This document shows positions 1-13,185 of a DNA stretch of 64,000 nucleotides, piece by piece. Source of the stretch: Flectonema sp. DT1601 (lineage: Eukaryota); assembly GCA_964019425.1 (NCBI GenBank), contig OZ025789.1, positions 806,001-870,000 on the forward strand. Direction: 5' to 3'. The position numbers were made by a program, and so were the translations under genes. Every line of letters starts with the position of its first letter. The stretch's first letter is position 1. The notes under the pieces were generated by a model. The model saw nothing but the letters and a program-made list of their open reading frames with translations. It had not been told where the DNA came from and ran no database searches.

Positions 1-465
1 CATCCAATCGAAAGAACGATCTTTTCCGAAAATAAAATCATAAAAAACAGAATGTTGTCCAACGTCAGTAGATTCTGAAAACGATTTAAAAATAACATTT
101 CGATGTTCTTGTAAATGCTGAACTGACAAAACTCCAAATAAAGGTTTCAACGATACCTCGATGTCCTTTATTGTGATAGTAATCTCTCGGTAATGCTGCT
201 TAGCTGATTGGAGATTAAATCCAATTTCAGTAGTGTCCCATTTCCGTTGCGATGCTTGAAGTCCTTGTATTCTCTTTTCAATAACTAATCTTTTGTCTTT
301 CAATTCTCTAATTTCATTTTCGAGTTCAATTATTTTAATGTCGGTGTTGAAAACACTTTCGGTATGACAACTCACGGCGTCTTCTTCAACATCTGTCTCA
401 CTCTTTGCATTGATAATAATTATCAGTAGCCATAACAATAAAATCATTCGCTGCGTTGTTTTCAT
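1..465 (-). CDS. Hypothetical signal-peptide/coiled-coil protein, 3' end runs off the window
   Basis: ATG at 465, open frame to position 1: MKTTQRMILLLWLLIIIINAKSETDVEE...IIELENEIRELKDKRLVIEKRIQGLQ...; hydrophobic N-terminus then heptad pattern. Absent from the ORF track because no stop lies in the window. Confidence 0.75.
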   Translation of the reverse strand, partial: MKTTQRMILLLWLLIIIINAKSETDVEEDAVSCHTESVFNTDIKIIELENEIRELKDKRLVIEKRIQGLQASQRKWDTTEIGFNLQSAKQHYREITITIKDIEVSLKPLFGVLSVQHLQEHRNVIFKSFSESTDVGQHSVFYDFIFGKDRSFDWM

Positions 466-717
466 TTTATATGAAAAGAAGTTCCTGATTGATAGAAAAA
501 CATTTTTTTTTTTTTTTTTTTCATTTTTTGAATCCCAACCTGAAAAAGAAAACGAATTTAATAAATAAAAAAAGTGAGAAACAGCAAAAAGCTACCAAAG
601 ACAATGGTCGTGTTAAGAATTTCCCGCATTCTCTTTTTTGCTTGGGAGTCTACTCACAGAACCCGTCAGGTAGTTTTTATTTAACAGTTTATAGATGCTA
701 AGAAATAACATCAAGTC

Positions 718-1905
718 TCAAGGATCTCTTCCGCAATAAATTGATGAGCAGATGGTGCAGGCTGGGTTTGGAATGTCTGAATTATTTAAAAACTCTTGAG
801 AGTAAGATCTATCCCACCAAGCAGTCTCACGTGGTGGTGATATCGCGGACTTCATATTCTCAACTACCGGAACTAATGAAGCCGTCGGATCGATTATAAC
901 AGCAGCTGACGGCAATGGAATGTAGTTTTTAATGTTCGGAGCCCCAGCGTAAATCGGAACAGCTCCAGCCAAGAGCGCATGAAATATCTTCTCCGTAACA
1001 TAATCCTCATCGATGCTGTTATCCATCGCAATGACGTATTTGTAATGTCTGAAAACACATATTTTCTCTTTATATCTGTCGCTAGACTTCATGCAAGCAG
1101 CATGTTCCTTTTGCATGTTGTCTTTTGCTCTGCCTGGATGACATTTCCCAAACATGTATAGTTTATCACCTCGTTGTTGTAATAATTTATCAATCTCTTG
1201 CATTACAGCACTTCTATTAGTTGTGTGGTATTTACAGTTTGAAACGACAGCGACAACTGTACGTCTCTGTTCCCATGGAATCCATTGTTTTTTTATCTTT
1301 TCAATATTTTTAAAATCGTTCCAGTATCGTTGTGCCCAAGTGAATCTATATTTTGACCAGGATTTGAATACAACATGTGCATTGTATTGACTTAGATAGT
1401 CGTTTGTGTATTTTTCAGCGTGTTTTTCTTGACTCTCACCATACCACATGACACTCCATTGTTTTTTATGTCCCTTTTCGATTGGTAAATTCCTTCCTGG
1501 ATGATACACAACTGCGTCACTGGTACGAAAGTCTTCGGAACTTGGCTTTACCCGAACAATGCACTTCTTGCCTTCCATCTCTGGACATTGTAGGATACAA
1601 TTTCCACTGCTCCGTTTTGCTTCTGGCATGTACTGGCATATATATTGATGTTTATTCTCAGTTATAGTAATGTCTCTTTTTAACGGATTTTTACACATCG
1701 CAGATGACTCTGTGGCTATGATCTTGTTGGTGTCATCAGTTTGAATATTTACAGAAGTCTTTGGTGGTGATGTTGGTGTTGGGGTGTCAGGTATTACTTC
1801 TCCTCCTCCTCCTCCTCCCGCATGATCTGTTTGAGAAAAGAAAACCCCAACACCGAGTAACTGAAGAGTCATCATCGCCATCAGTAAATACCATCGACGA
1901 GTCAT
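718..1905 (-). CDS. Alpha-1,3/4-fucosyltransferase-like (GT10), type II membrane protein
   Basis: N-terminal TM, Gly/Pro/Thr stem, VVSNC, and GT10 motif YKYVIAMDNSIDEDYVTEKIFHALLAGAVPIYAG; single exon. Confidence 0.9.
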   Translation of the reverse strand: MTRRWYLLMAMMTLQLLGVGVFFSQTDHAGGGGGGEVIPDTPTPTSPPKTSVNIQTDDTNKIIATESSAMCKNPLKRDITITENKHQYICQYMPEAKRSSGNCILQCPEMEGKKCIVRVKPSSEDFRTSDAVVYHPGRNLPIEKGHKKQWSVMWYGESQEKHAEKYTNDYLSQYNAHVVFKSWSKYRFTWAQRYWNDFKNIEKIKKQWIPWEQRRTVVAVVSNCKYHTTNRSAVMQEIDKLLQQRGDKLYMFGKCHPGRAKDNMQKEHAACMKSSDRYKEKICVFRHYKYVIAMDNSIDEDYVTEKIFHALLAGAVPIYAGAPNIKNYIPLPSAAVIIDPTASLVPVVENMKSAISPPRETAWWDRSYSQEFLNNSDIPNPACTICSSIYCGRDP

Positions 1906-2389
1906 AAGAAACTTTTTTTTTTTTTTTTATTATATATTTTCTACTCAACTCTTTCTCATGTTATAGAATTGAACTACTTCTGAAGAAAGTGTTATTAAAG
2001 AGAAGAGCTACTCACGTTCATTGAAAATTGTTATCTAAAAATCAATACTGTAGATTCCTGTTTAAGTAAAGTAATAAACAAATCACCCACAACAAAGTTA
2101 GTTAACATAAATTGGTTAACTTTTTACGGACGCAAAACAGTCGGAACAAAGTTACTAGTTGGGTAAAGGAAGGGAACAATCCCTAATATATATTCACAAA
2201 TGAATTGAATGACAAAGTAACAGGTTCTACTGATTGCTATCAACGTACACAGATGTCTAATGCCCCTGTGCGGGGTAGTCGTCATTAAACAGCTGCAGGT
2301 GGTTGAATGAGATCATTCTGTTTTTGTGTAACAACAGATCGTAAGTATGATCAAAAAGGTCAGGTCACAGTAATTAGATGAAAGGTTCC

Positions 2390-3202
2390 TTATGAGGGTG
2401 TTGATGGAGACTCAGGCTGATCAGGTTGTGGAGGAGGAGATGAGTCTTCTGTCTCAGCTGCAGGTGGTGTTGGGTCATCAGAACCTTCTTGAGGAGGAGG
2501 AGTCTCATCAGGTTGTTCTTCAACCTCTGTTGTCTGACGTTGATCTCCATCAGACTTATGCTGCTCATCTATTCTCTCATTCATTTTCTCCAAAGTCTCA
2601 TGAAGCATTGCATGAAACTCCTGCGACATGTCATCCATCTTTTCCGACTGGTCAGTTATTTCTTTGTCTTTTTGTTTTATCTGCTGATCTTTTTCATTCT
2701 TTATCTCTTCGAGAGCAATCTTTGATAATTCTAATTGATCTTTTAAGTCACAAATAGTACTCTCTAAGTCATTAATTCGAATTATCAATTCGTCTTGCAT
2801 ACTTTTATTCTGTCTTGTGAAATCACTTATAATATCGTAGCGTTCGTCTTTTTGCATACGATAGTCTTGTTGGAGCTGATCTTTTTTTTCCCGTAGCTCT
2901 TGTTCTTCTTGGTGAGCTTCTTGTCGGACTTGTTTTCGTTGAATGTATTCTTCTTCTAAGCATTCTTTTCGAAGAAGTGATTTCTGAATTCTAAGCTCAC
3001 GTAGTTCCAGAGGATCCATTCTCGGGTCCTCACCAGGTTCAAATATTACATTCTATTTTTGAGATTTTTTTTTTTTTTTTTTGTGTTTTTGATTAACATA
3101 ATACGAAATTTTTTTGACTTTTTTTTTTAAAAATATTAATAAAAATCACACCTTGTTTGCTTTATTTTTCTTCTTGCCTTCTCCCTTCTCCTTTGGTGGC
3201 AT
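2390..3202 (-). CDS. Coiled-coil flagellar protein, CCDC153/DRC12-like; exons 3202-3152, 3052-2390
   Basis: Exon 1 MPPKEKGEGKKKNKANK joined in frame by GT-AG intron 3151-3053 to the coiled-coil ORF (DIISDFTRQNKSMQDEL...MSQEFHAMLHETLEKM). Family call from recalled motif resemblance. Confidence 0.7.
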
Positions 3203-3243
3203 TTGTGGGGGAGTTCCCCTGAGGATAAATGAAATGAATTAAT

Positions 3244-3247
<4 letters not shown>

Positions 3248-3296
<49 letters not shown>
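3248..3296. repeat. (CAA)n/(TTG)n microsatellite
   Basis: About 16 CAA units; on the minus strand a U-rich tract just upstream of the putative acceptor CCTCAG near 3220. Confidence 0.9.
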
Positions 3297-3297
<1 letters not shown>

Positions 3298-3541
3298 CTC
3301 ACCATAAAGACTATTTCAACATTGCAACATGAATGACGAAGACTGTTAAAAATAATGATAATAAAAAGGTACCACTGATTGACGGACTTATGAGTGGTGT
3401 CAACACACCTAATTAGTAAGTATGAAAGAACCCAAAAAATGGGATTACAATCTACGACAGACTGAGTGCACTCATTTCGTCTGTTTTGCTTGTCAGAGTT
3501 GACGCCTTGGATTAGAATTCTGCTCACCAACGTAATTACAA

Positions 3542-4304
3542 TTACATCTCTCCACATTCAGAAATCACACAGGCGTATTTAGGACACTTTGTCTTTCCGT
3601 CTACGCTGACATTCTCAACCTTTCTAATTGTGATCATTCTGTTTTGGTATTATTTATTCTGATGATGTGATTATTAATTTACTTTTAATTTTATTAAAAC
3701 ATACCCGTCTATTACTTGACCGAATACGACGTGTTTGTCATCCAGCCAACTGGTTTTGGCGCAAGTGATGAAAAACTGAGATCCGTTAGTACCAGGACCG
3801 CTATTAGCCATACTCAGAATACCTGGTCCAGTGTGTTTTAAGTCGAAGTTTTCATCGTCGAATTTGTTTCCATAAATAGAAACTCCTCCGGTACCATCTC
3901 TCTGTTTTGTTTTATTATTTTTTTTTGTTTTTTTTGAGTAATCTTTTTTAATAAAATTTTCATACATTTTGAAAGTCACCAGATTGAATCATGAAATCTT
4001 TAATAACCCTGTGGAATATACATCCCTTATAACCAAGGGGTTGACCTGATATTTTATCTTTAAACTCACCAGTGCAAAGTTGTCTGAAATTTTCTGCTGT
4101 TTTTGGGACTTTGTCGGCGAACAACTCCATCTTTACTCTTCCAGCTAGATTGTCTCCAATAGAAATGTCGAAGAACACAATCGGATTTGGACCTTTCTTC
4201 GTTTCTTCCGTCTTTACTTCTTCTTTTAGTTTCTTCTGATTATCTCCCTCATCTGAGAGTGGAGGTTCCGCCTTTCTCTTTGAATCTTCCTTTTCTCCTT
4301 CCAT
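3542..4304 (-). CDS. PPIH: Cyclophilin-type PPIase H (U4/U6 snRNP cyclophilin); exons 4304-3966, 3901-3705, 3638-3542
   Basis: [71 protein letters not shown] and C-terminal ECGEM*; two GT-AG introns keep the frame. Confidence 0.88.
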
Positions 4305-4966
4305 TTTTGTTAAACCTAACAGGTAATAGATAATATAAGGTATCAAACAAGGTTGAGGTTGTATTTCACAATGAGTCTTTCAAGCATCGAGCTTGCAAGA
4401 CATATGTAGAACAGGGAAAAAACAAAAAAAAAAACACTGAACGACTGACATGGCAGCCTAAATACCCATATCTGAAGAAATAAATAACGGAGAACTAATG
4501 CACTTCAATTTTTTGAATTTCCGGCAGAAAGTTGAAAAGGAAATTCATACAAAACGATTTGGGCAGGACTGCCTCTTCATACGAAATAAATGAAGAGAAC
4601 AAACGAACTTTTAACTCTGACAGATGGCAACAAGTCTTTCAGTATTGGAGGTTGCAGGGGGGTACCCGCGCATTACAAGACAAAACACTGACGTCGTAAG
4701 AACGTCACACAACACCGACAGGGAAGACACTCACTAAGTGGTTTTCCTTTCTTTCAAATTTCTTCTTCTGAATTCTTTCTGTAGCGAGTAAACTATTATA
4801 TCTCCCGACTCGGGAAAGATACTTCAATGTTCAAACTGATGTATTTTTTTTTTTTTTTTGCAGTCGACTATTGACACGCAAAACTCGCACAATAAAAAAA
4901 AAAAACTAAAATAAAAACGAGGGAGAAAAGAAAAAAAAATCCCCTATCACAACAATAACAAACAGA

Positions 4967-5658
4967 CTACGATTCATAGATTCCTTGTGGGAATCTAGTC
5001 GGAGGAGGTCTGTTATAAATTGACTCTTTAATGTCAGCGTAGACATGAGGATGAGATTCCTTGTGACGATCGTTAAATGCGAAGACCTTCTTACTGTCAG
5101 GAAGAGTCTTCAAACATGAATCCCAATCCTCGTGTCTAACAATTGGTTTTTCTGACTTTGCTGGTGCTGAATTACATGGCTGTCTGATCACTCTCTTAGG
5201 CTCGGAAGGAACCAATTTAGCGCCACACTTATATCCCCATGTGCGAGACATGTCCAGTTCCTTTGGTGGGACTGGCTTCTCAAAGTTTGGAGGGACGACA
5301 ACAGCAGCGTGAACGAGCCTCCTGTTTGTTTAAAAAAAGTATTTTTATTTCTTCTTGACCAGCCAGGGCTGTATCAACAAACAACAACTAACTACATACT
5401 TCTTAGTGTTTGGAACAGTTTTGTTTCCAGGTCCCCAAGGGTCAGTAGTATCAATAGCTGCAGTACGTCTGCAGCTTCTCGATGGCGACAGTCCTTTTAG
5501 TTCGTCATGAGGGAGGACCCTGTTTTTATTTATTAAATACGACAATCAGAGTAAAGCAGACTAATAACAGGAAACTCAAAATTAAAGTCATACTTATTCA
5601 CTGTACTACCCGCACATGTACCTGTCCAATCCGCATTAGTGACGTATGTTGTGGCCAT
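4967..5658 (-). CDS. Hypothetical protein (~179 aa); exons 5658-5594, 5519-5400, 5321-4967
   Basis: Three ORF pieces join in frame through two phase-2 GTATG...AAACAG introns (MATTYVTNADW...VLPHDELKG...RLVHAAVVVPPNFEKP...GIYES). Confidence 0.7.
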
Positions 5659-6163
5659 TTGAAAGATTCCTGAGAGGTGGATTGAATTTGTTAATTTGCT
5701 TATGACAGTGTAATCTGTTCTTTTTTTGTTTATATTACGAAATATATATAAAATCACTTGCTCATTTTAATGTTGAATTACATGGTGCCGCTGTTAAGAA
5801 TAAATCTTTTCAAAAAAAAAAAAAAAGAAGATAAAAGGAATCTCTGAATTTTCCCGACTAAGGAAAATGTGATAAACATGACCACTAAATCCAACATAGA
5901 GACTGACTGAAACTAAAGGAACTTTCCACGTGATTGAGGAAGGGCACCCACAAGCTGGGGTTCCTCTTCTACCACATTTGGCAAATGGGTTAGGTAAGGA
6001 TTTGATTTTCTTTTTTTTTTTTTTTTGCATTCTGTTTTTTTTTTTTTTTTTTTTTTTTTTTCGCATTCCGTTTTTTTTTTACCCCCAATGTGGATGATCC
6101 GACTGAACATTTTCAAGTAAAGTAGATACCAAACTACAACTACTTAAACAACTGCTCATATTC

Positions 6164-7324
6164 TTATTCAATATCGTGCATGTCAGATTCAGCTGCTTTG
6201 GTGGCCTCGTCCTGAGGCATTTGAGGAACTTCAATCTCTTCGATATCGGAGTCTATTTCTTCGACTCCAGATTCAGTTGGTATTGGAGCTTGTTTAACTT
6301 TCTTACCATTCTTAGTTACAGTTTTTGATGGTTTGTCTTCTTCTTGAACAACATTAATATCCTGAACGTCATCAAGTGATGAAATAATCTTCTCAGCGTC
6401 AACTTTCATTGGAGTGTTTTGTTTCCAGTCTTTAGAGATACGAGTAACAACTTCCTTCACATTACTTCCATCACAGAAAGCAACACCTTGTTCAGATAGG
6501 GTTAGGCATCTGAGAGACTTCACAACAACTTCTAATATTTCGAATTGCTTTTCCATTCCATCATCTAAACGAGAAACCAATACATCTGGTGCACCAGCTT
6601 CAATGATTTGCTGATGTAATTCATTATCATGAAGAAGGTTTTTAACGAGACATGTCACAGCAAGACGTAGTTGTGGATCTTTTGTTGAGAGAAGTTTTGT
6701 ATATCTCTCAAGCGAATCAGGGTCGTCAATAAGCTGCTTGCGACCGACATCACACTGAGCGCAGTTTCCTAAAATCGAACCGACCCACTTACTGCGGTCA
6801 CGTCCACCACCAATTGCTCCATCGTTTTCGGTTGGAGCGATTATGAGTTCTGATTTGTCCATGTGTTCGTCAACAAATCTACGAATTAGTTGAGACAAAT
6901 AGTATCCTTCGAGAGTCTTGTGTCCGGCTTGTAGAAGTGCATCAACTGCTTCAATAGAAACAGAAGTTAAATTATTTATTAAAATTAAACAAAGCTCCTG
7001 TAGCTCTGATGTCAAAGCTCCCTTCTCCAACAAGAGCATCGTTCTTGGAATTACTCTGACCTCGATCATGTGTCTTGAGCATGCACCCTTATCAGACAAG
7101 TTAATTAATATCAATAAGATATCAGACAGGTATGATTTGGCGGCCGGTTGTAACATCTCAGTGACTATTTGAACAGACTCTCTTCCATTTTCAATAAACC
7201 AGTCTAATACTTCCGCGATCTGAAGGTATCCTGACAACCCTTGCAGAGCCATCTTTCGAATATCTTCTCTTTCTTGACGTAAGAAAGGCAACACTTCTTT
7301 TAGTTCCGCGATCTTCGCTTCCAT
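6164..7324 (-). CDS. HGH1: ARM-repeat protein, HGH1 (eEF2 chaperone)-like
   Basis: 386-aa ORF; ELKEVLPFLRQEREDIRKMALQGLSGY, LILINLS and LILINNLT resemble the HGH1 N-domain; acidic tail. Confidence 0.6.
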   Translation of the reverse strand: MEAKIAELKEVLPFLRQEREDIRKMALQGLSGYLQIAEVLDWFIENGRESVQIVTEMLQPAAKSYLSDILLILINLSDKGACSRHMIEVRVIPRTMLLLEKGALTSELQELCLILINNLTSVSIEAVDALLQAGHKTLEGYYLSQLIRRFVDEHMDKSELIIAPTENDGAIGGGRDRSKWVGSILGNCAQCDVGRKQLIDDPDSLERYTKLLSTKDPQLRLAVTCLVKNLLHDNELHQQIIEAGAPDVLVSRLDDGMEKQFEILEVVVKSLRCLTLSEQGVAFCDGSNVKEVVTRISKDWKQNTPMKVDAEKIISSLDDVQDINVVQEEDKPSKTVTKNGKKVKQAPIPTESGVEEIDSDIEEIEVPQMPQDEATKAAESDMHDIE

Positions 7325-9362
7325 TTTGTTACTAAGTTTGTGATAATATCTGATTGGTTAAGGACGTCCGATTATATTGTTTTTTGCTGTTTTAAAAAAG
7401 AATAAAGAAATCAACAATAGTAACCACAACAACAACAGCAGCCATGCAATGCGATATCAATAATGATGAACAAGTCGATTTCTTTTTTCTTGTACCTTCA
7501 GTTTTTGTTCACAGGTGTTTGTACAAGGATAAATACTCTACACAGTTTTGGGAGTGAATGATTTTTTGGGGAGAAAAAAAAGAAAAAGAAACCGGAAGGA
7601 ATAAAAGAAAACGGTCGTAAAAAAGCATCTGTATTGCTTTGTTTCATCTATCCTTTGTAATGTTTCTCTTACTGACCTGTTAATCGATGTTGCAAAGACT
7701 TAATATTTTAATTTTAATAAGACGTGTATGTTTGCTGACACTAATGTTGCCAAACGAAAAAAGTGAAGCCTTTGATGTATTCGTACAACAAAGACAGAGA
7801 GTACTTGCTGTATCTGTTGATAGCTGAGACTGTCACTTGTTGAATTTGGTCTTAATAAACAAAGGGTTATAAATCCTTAACGAGACTGTTACATCTGAAG
7901 TTTACCTTCGTAAAGGAAATGTTAATTGAAACCAATGCCATAAAAAAACTATGAACACATGTTCATGGCGTGGGCGAATATAATTATGAGAAAAGTTACA
8001 AACACGACCTCCATCGCTGTGTTCAGTTAGAGTGATAGAAGGAAGCTGCGCTCCCAAATTCTATTTCTCGTCCCACACACGGAGGCAACTGTTGTAAAAA
8101 ACCAAAGTGGTCAAAGTGAAAACATTTCTATCCCAATAAGTGTTAACACAAACTGCAGTAGTTTAACAGACCAAGGCTATCACTAATAGAAAACACGTAA
8201 ATAGCAGCAACGTAAGAACGTGATGTCTTCTTCATCATCTAAGGGAGGGGAAATCAGAATACAATTTTCTTGTTTTTTTTTTTCTTTTTCTTCTGTTTAT
8301 TCTTTCTACAATGTGAAAACTCCACGACAACGTCGTCCATTTCAACAAAGAAGACTCAAGAAACACTTGGCTTGTAATCACTTCTTTTCTTTTTATTGGT
8401 GTTGTCGATGTATAACTGCGACTCAGAGACTTATTTGTTTTTTTTTTTATATACTTGCATTGTAACAAGTAACTGTCTATGGAAGATGACTATGCACTAT
8501 TGAAAGACCTCAACCGAATTGCAATATTGTTAAGCCAGATTATCGCACCGGGAAGCCGTCTCAAATGGAAGTGCTGGAAAAACTCCAGAATAAGACAGTA
8601 TACTCTATCACTTATGTAGTTATCTTTATTTTTTTTTTTATTTTTTTTTTTTGTGGGCTATGTACCCTCTTTTTAGTAATAATAAAAAGTTTTTTTTTTT
8701 TTTTTTTTTTTAGAAGTCTCAAACAAAAAAAACCCCGCAAAAAACCCCGAGTAACACTTATAATTTTTTTTTTTTTAAAAAAAATTCTCTACGTAAGGGT
8801 TCAAATCCTAAAAAAAAGGGTGATGGTACAGTGCTTGTTGACGAACACTGGGGGGAACAAATAATCGTAAACAAGAAATATAAATATAAAGAGAAAAACG
8901 TTATCTATACCTGCTTGTTGAAAACATAACAGGCACCACAATCGAAAAACTCAATCCATCTTTGCCATGAGAGAAAACACTGAAGCAACAAGGCCTTTCT
9001 GCCAATGTGAGTGTCGTGTTTTTTTTATTTTCAATTTCAGGATACATTTTTTTTTTTTTTTTTTTTTATAAAAGCGGCGAAATCGCCTATAAATTTATAC
9101 TTTGATATTAGAAGCCTTGTTATGGTTTAGTCACACAAGACTTGCATCAAGTTGCACAACTACCACAAAACTCGAACTTCTGGCTCGCAGTTTATTTCAT
9201 TATTTTGTACCACCACAAAGGAAGTACCTGTGCTCTCATCAAAGCAACACATAGTTGACTAGTTTTGAGCTATAACATAAAGGGGAATAGTAAATTAAAA
9301 AGATGGAAGGGTGGGAAAAAAAAGGAAACAGCAGAAACAACACTAAAGACGAATTTATATTT

Positions 9363-9396
<34 letters not shown>

Positions 9397-10401
9397 AACA
9401 GGGAGAGGAGGATCCAGGCCTCAAGGAGAAATGGTACTGGACTTACTACTCCTTACTTTCTTTTTTGAGAAACAACTATTTCATTTGATTTATCGCCTTC
9501 AAATTTCTCAGAAACCTCGTAACACATTGTCAATCACTCTCGGCTCTTGTTTCACTTCTCCTGAATCGCTTTGTTCTCCTTCAGGAAACGCGAAATATCC
9601 AGGACACGAAATACAAAAAAAAAAAAAAAAAAAAACATCAAATCATGGGAGGAAACGCAAACGCAATTTTTGGACTGAAAAAAAAGAAGTTCAGGCTGCA
9701 TGTTTCTGGTAAACTTGTGAGTAAGTAGAAAGTGATGTGTGACCCTCTTTTTTTACAAATCAATATCACACAGGAACAAAATGAACAAAAAGGTTGGGTC
9801 TGTGATGAAGGAATAAACAAAAAGTTAATAAGGAATATAATAATAATAATAACACTTAATTGTCGTTTGCATTTCCAAAAAAAAAAAAAAAAAAGTTTTT
9901 TTTCCTCTTTTCTTTGCCAATAATACGGCTGAGATCAGCCACACTTGATATAAAAAAATTTAAAAAAGCTTTAGAAGTGTCGTCTCTGAACAGAACCAGA
10001 ATGAGAAAAAAAGAAAAGGAAGAAAAAAAAACACCAAAAAGTCAATTCAACAGAATAATCTAAGTATTTATTAAAAAAAAGTAAATTGCAGGAATTTTTT
10101 TCGTTAATTTTTTACAAAATAAAAAGAAGGAACAAAAAAAATTGGCGAGTTCGCCTTTCTTTTACTGCTTGACCGGTTTTTTTTTTTTTTTTTTTTTTGA
10201 AAAACTGCTATAGTGAAAACAGTAGGGAGAATATACATTTTTAGGGAAATACGTTGGGGGAATAAGTCTTCACTATGACTCCTGAATATCTTTCTCTTAA
10301 TTAACACGATGATGCTATATTTTGGGTACGGCCTGTCCGTTCTTTTACAGACGCTGTCGATAATAGTCACAGTAGACAAGGTTTGTCTATTTTCTGGAAC
10401 A

Positions 10402-10434
<33 letters not shown>

Positions 10435-11447
10435 CGTCTAATTGAAAACTCAAAAATCAACAGACAAATCCACACTATCGCAATGGTGCTCAAAAAAAGA
10501 AAAAAAGTGTCATCGACATGACGAGAATTGGGTTTTTTTTGGGAGGAAGTGAATTACAAGAAAAAAAAAAGAAAAGAAAAAAATAGATTAATAAAAAGAA
10601 AACAGCCCATGGGATCACACAAAGCTATAAACAGATTGAAGGGCAACAACAGAAATAGATCCGCCATATTCCTAATTCCGTCAACAGTTCTCAGGGTCCC
10701 TGAGGGTTAAATGGCATAAATACTAAAAAAAACGAACTTATTTTCGGTTACAAGGGTGGATGGAGGAGAGGTGCGATATATTAGAATCCTAAAACACTTA
10801 AAAAGGCGCCAAGGATTCCCATTTTCCTTTCCTTTCTTTTTCGTAATTTTATCCAAAGTAAGCTGCTACTTAACTCTTATCCACAGAGTACCTCCATAAA
10901 GGTGACTCACAGTGAGAGATGTCAGCTCTCAGATCAACAAAAAGACTAATTCGATAACAAAACAACACAAAACTAACTGTGAATGTTTCAACGGAGGGGG
11001 AGGAGGAGAGGGGGTTGAGGATGCTATAGGTTTTTTTTCTTTTTTCTTCTCGTTTCTTTCTTCTTAACATTTTTTTTTTTTTGTCTAATTTTTTCCTGCG
11101 AACTTTTTTTATCATTTTTTTTTTTCCTCTACCTAATGGAACATTCTTGTGAACATCCCATCAGATCTCTATTTAATTCTGTGCCATCATTGACAGATTG
11201 ACCTTCTGATTCTCTAGCTGTTCAACATTTTCGAATCCTGAAAGGTGTTTTTACTATTTCTAGTCAGGTATCGATTGTAACAGCGAATGAAGGAGATCAA
11301 ACGTCTTATGGTCAATACATGCGGCACTGGTTCATCTTCTAAGTCTCAAGTGAGATTGTTTACTTCAACACCTCCTTCAGTGCTTTCGAGAGCTTACCAA
11401 CTGACACTTCACTTCACACGAAGACGAAGTGAGCTAATAACATCTTA

Positions 11448-13185
11448 TCATGCGACAGCTGTGGGTTGAACGGTAGTTACCTTTACTGGTTTCTCTTCAC
11501 TTGCCTGAGAGGAGGAGGTGTGTCCAATGCTATCAGCACCGCTGCTTCCTTCCTCAGAGATGCTGTCGAAGGACTCAGCTGAGAATCCTCGAGAAGGCTG
11601 TGCCTGAGTTGGCTTTGAAAGCGGAGCTGAGTTGGTGAAGTTGTTTGATCTTCGGTTTTGGTTTGACTTGGACTTCGACCCCCTCTTTGGGCTCGCTGTG
11701 ACAGGCTGAGAAGGCACAGTTGCGGTTGCAGCCATCTGTCTTCCATATGCATAGGGCGGTGCAGCAGCAAAAGCAGTCGGAGCATTTCCCTGGTACATGG
11801 CATTGGCGAGGTGTGCAGTTCCTGAATGCATTACATTTCCTACAACATTTCCCATCATATTTCCGTATGTTCCTGGCCAAGGATGTCCAATACTTGGAGT
11901 TGCGTACAGAAGCGGGACATTCAAAGCTTTTGTTGTTGTTGTTGTTGTTGTTGTCGGAGGAGACTGAAACACAGAATGTATCGAATGATGTCCTCCGACT
12001 ATATTTAAATAATTATAATGCGATATTAAATTGTCCATCTGCCAGGATTGAACTTGCCACTGTGTTTGCAATTGCTTTCTCTGCTTTGTGAAATGATGAA
12101 GTCCTGGGATGGCCTGAGAAAGGATGGGACACGCTTGGGTTCCAGCCCCGCGGATTTTCCCGTTCGCATGAGCCTTTTTAAGACTAACAGCCATGTCTTT
12201 CAGCTTCGCAGCAATTCCAGACATTGCGAAACTTTGCTCACAAACGTTGTTATCAGCAGAGAGTGGATCTTGGATACACCAATTTACTTTATAACTCGAC
12301 ATCGCTTGCATCTTCCCCTTCCTATAACCAGAAGGTGATGTAACATCGACGGTCAGAGTCTCATGATTAAATGATCCATAATGCTCAAGGAATCCAACAA
12401 GTAACTGTCCCAGAGTTGGATTCTCTCCGAGTTTCTTTTGGTCCTTTGCATTGCGAAGGAAGGCAAACACCTGAAAAGATTAAATTATTAGTTTTGATTA
12501 ACATACTCACAACACACACAACAGTTAAATACAATTCATACCAATAGACTCACTGCGTATGAACTTAGACCTCCTTTAACTACTTCATTATTACCTGTCA
12601 GTACCATAATTAGTTTCATTAAGACAACGAGATCCCTGTGTTTGTTAATGTTACTAATCGTATAGAGTATTCCAAACAAGTAAGATAACAACAGGAAGAC
12701 AATACACACCTCGCATTGTAGTTCGAGAAGTCAAGAAGATAATTACGAACGAGAGCGACGCTACTTTGCCAGTTTGAGACGTCGAATGTGACATCACCTC
12801 GAAGACCAGACTGAGGACAGCAGAACTTAACAACTGGAACACGAGCTGTAGGAAGCACAAGTGTACATTGAAGATTATTTGCTTCGAATGACTGAGCAAC
12901 CGTTTGAAGCATATTCTCCTTTGGGATATGTGAACATCCCAACACAACAAAATCTATATCAGAGCTCGGTAACGCCAAACCAGTAGCCCAAGATCCGTAC
13001 ACTTCGACACTGCATCCCGGGAAGCTTCCTTTAATTAGACTCCTCGTTCTCTTAATTAAGTCTTCTCTAAAAACTTTCTCCGGAGCTGACAAGTCCAACA
13101 TGTCTACGACTTCTTTGATTTCCTTTCCGAGCATCTTTTGGAAGTGATCTGTGTCCCATTCTCCTTTTTCTTTGCCGTTTGACAT
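11448..13185 (-). CDS. Non-canonical poly(A) polymerase, TRF4/PAPD5-like; exons 13185-12710, 12635-12542, 12470-11448
   Basis: VEVYGSWATGLALPSSDIDFVV nucleotidyltransferase motif, TARVPVVKF, GGLSSY in exon 2, LGQLLVGFLEHYG...CIQDPLSADNNV PAP-associated domain; low-complexity tail. Confidence 0.88.

Noticed and set aside
8790..8812. tRNA T-arm-like GGGTTCAAATCCT
   Set aside because: No acceptor stem, D arm or anticodon arm around it.
8220..11115. Short ORFs rich in poly-Lys/poly-Phe
   Set aside because: Artefacts of A/T homopolymer runs; no motifs or splice support.
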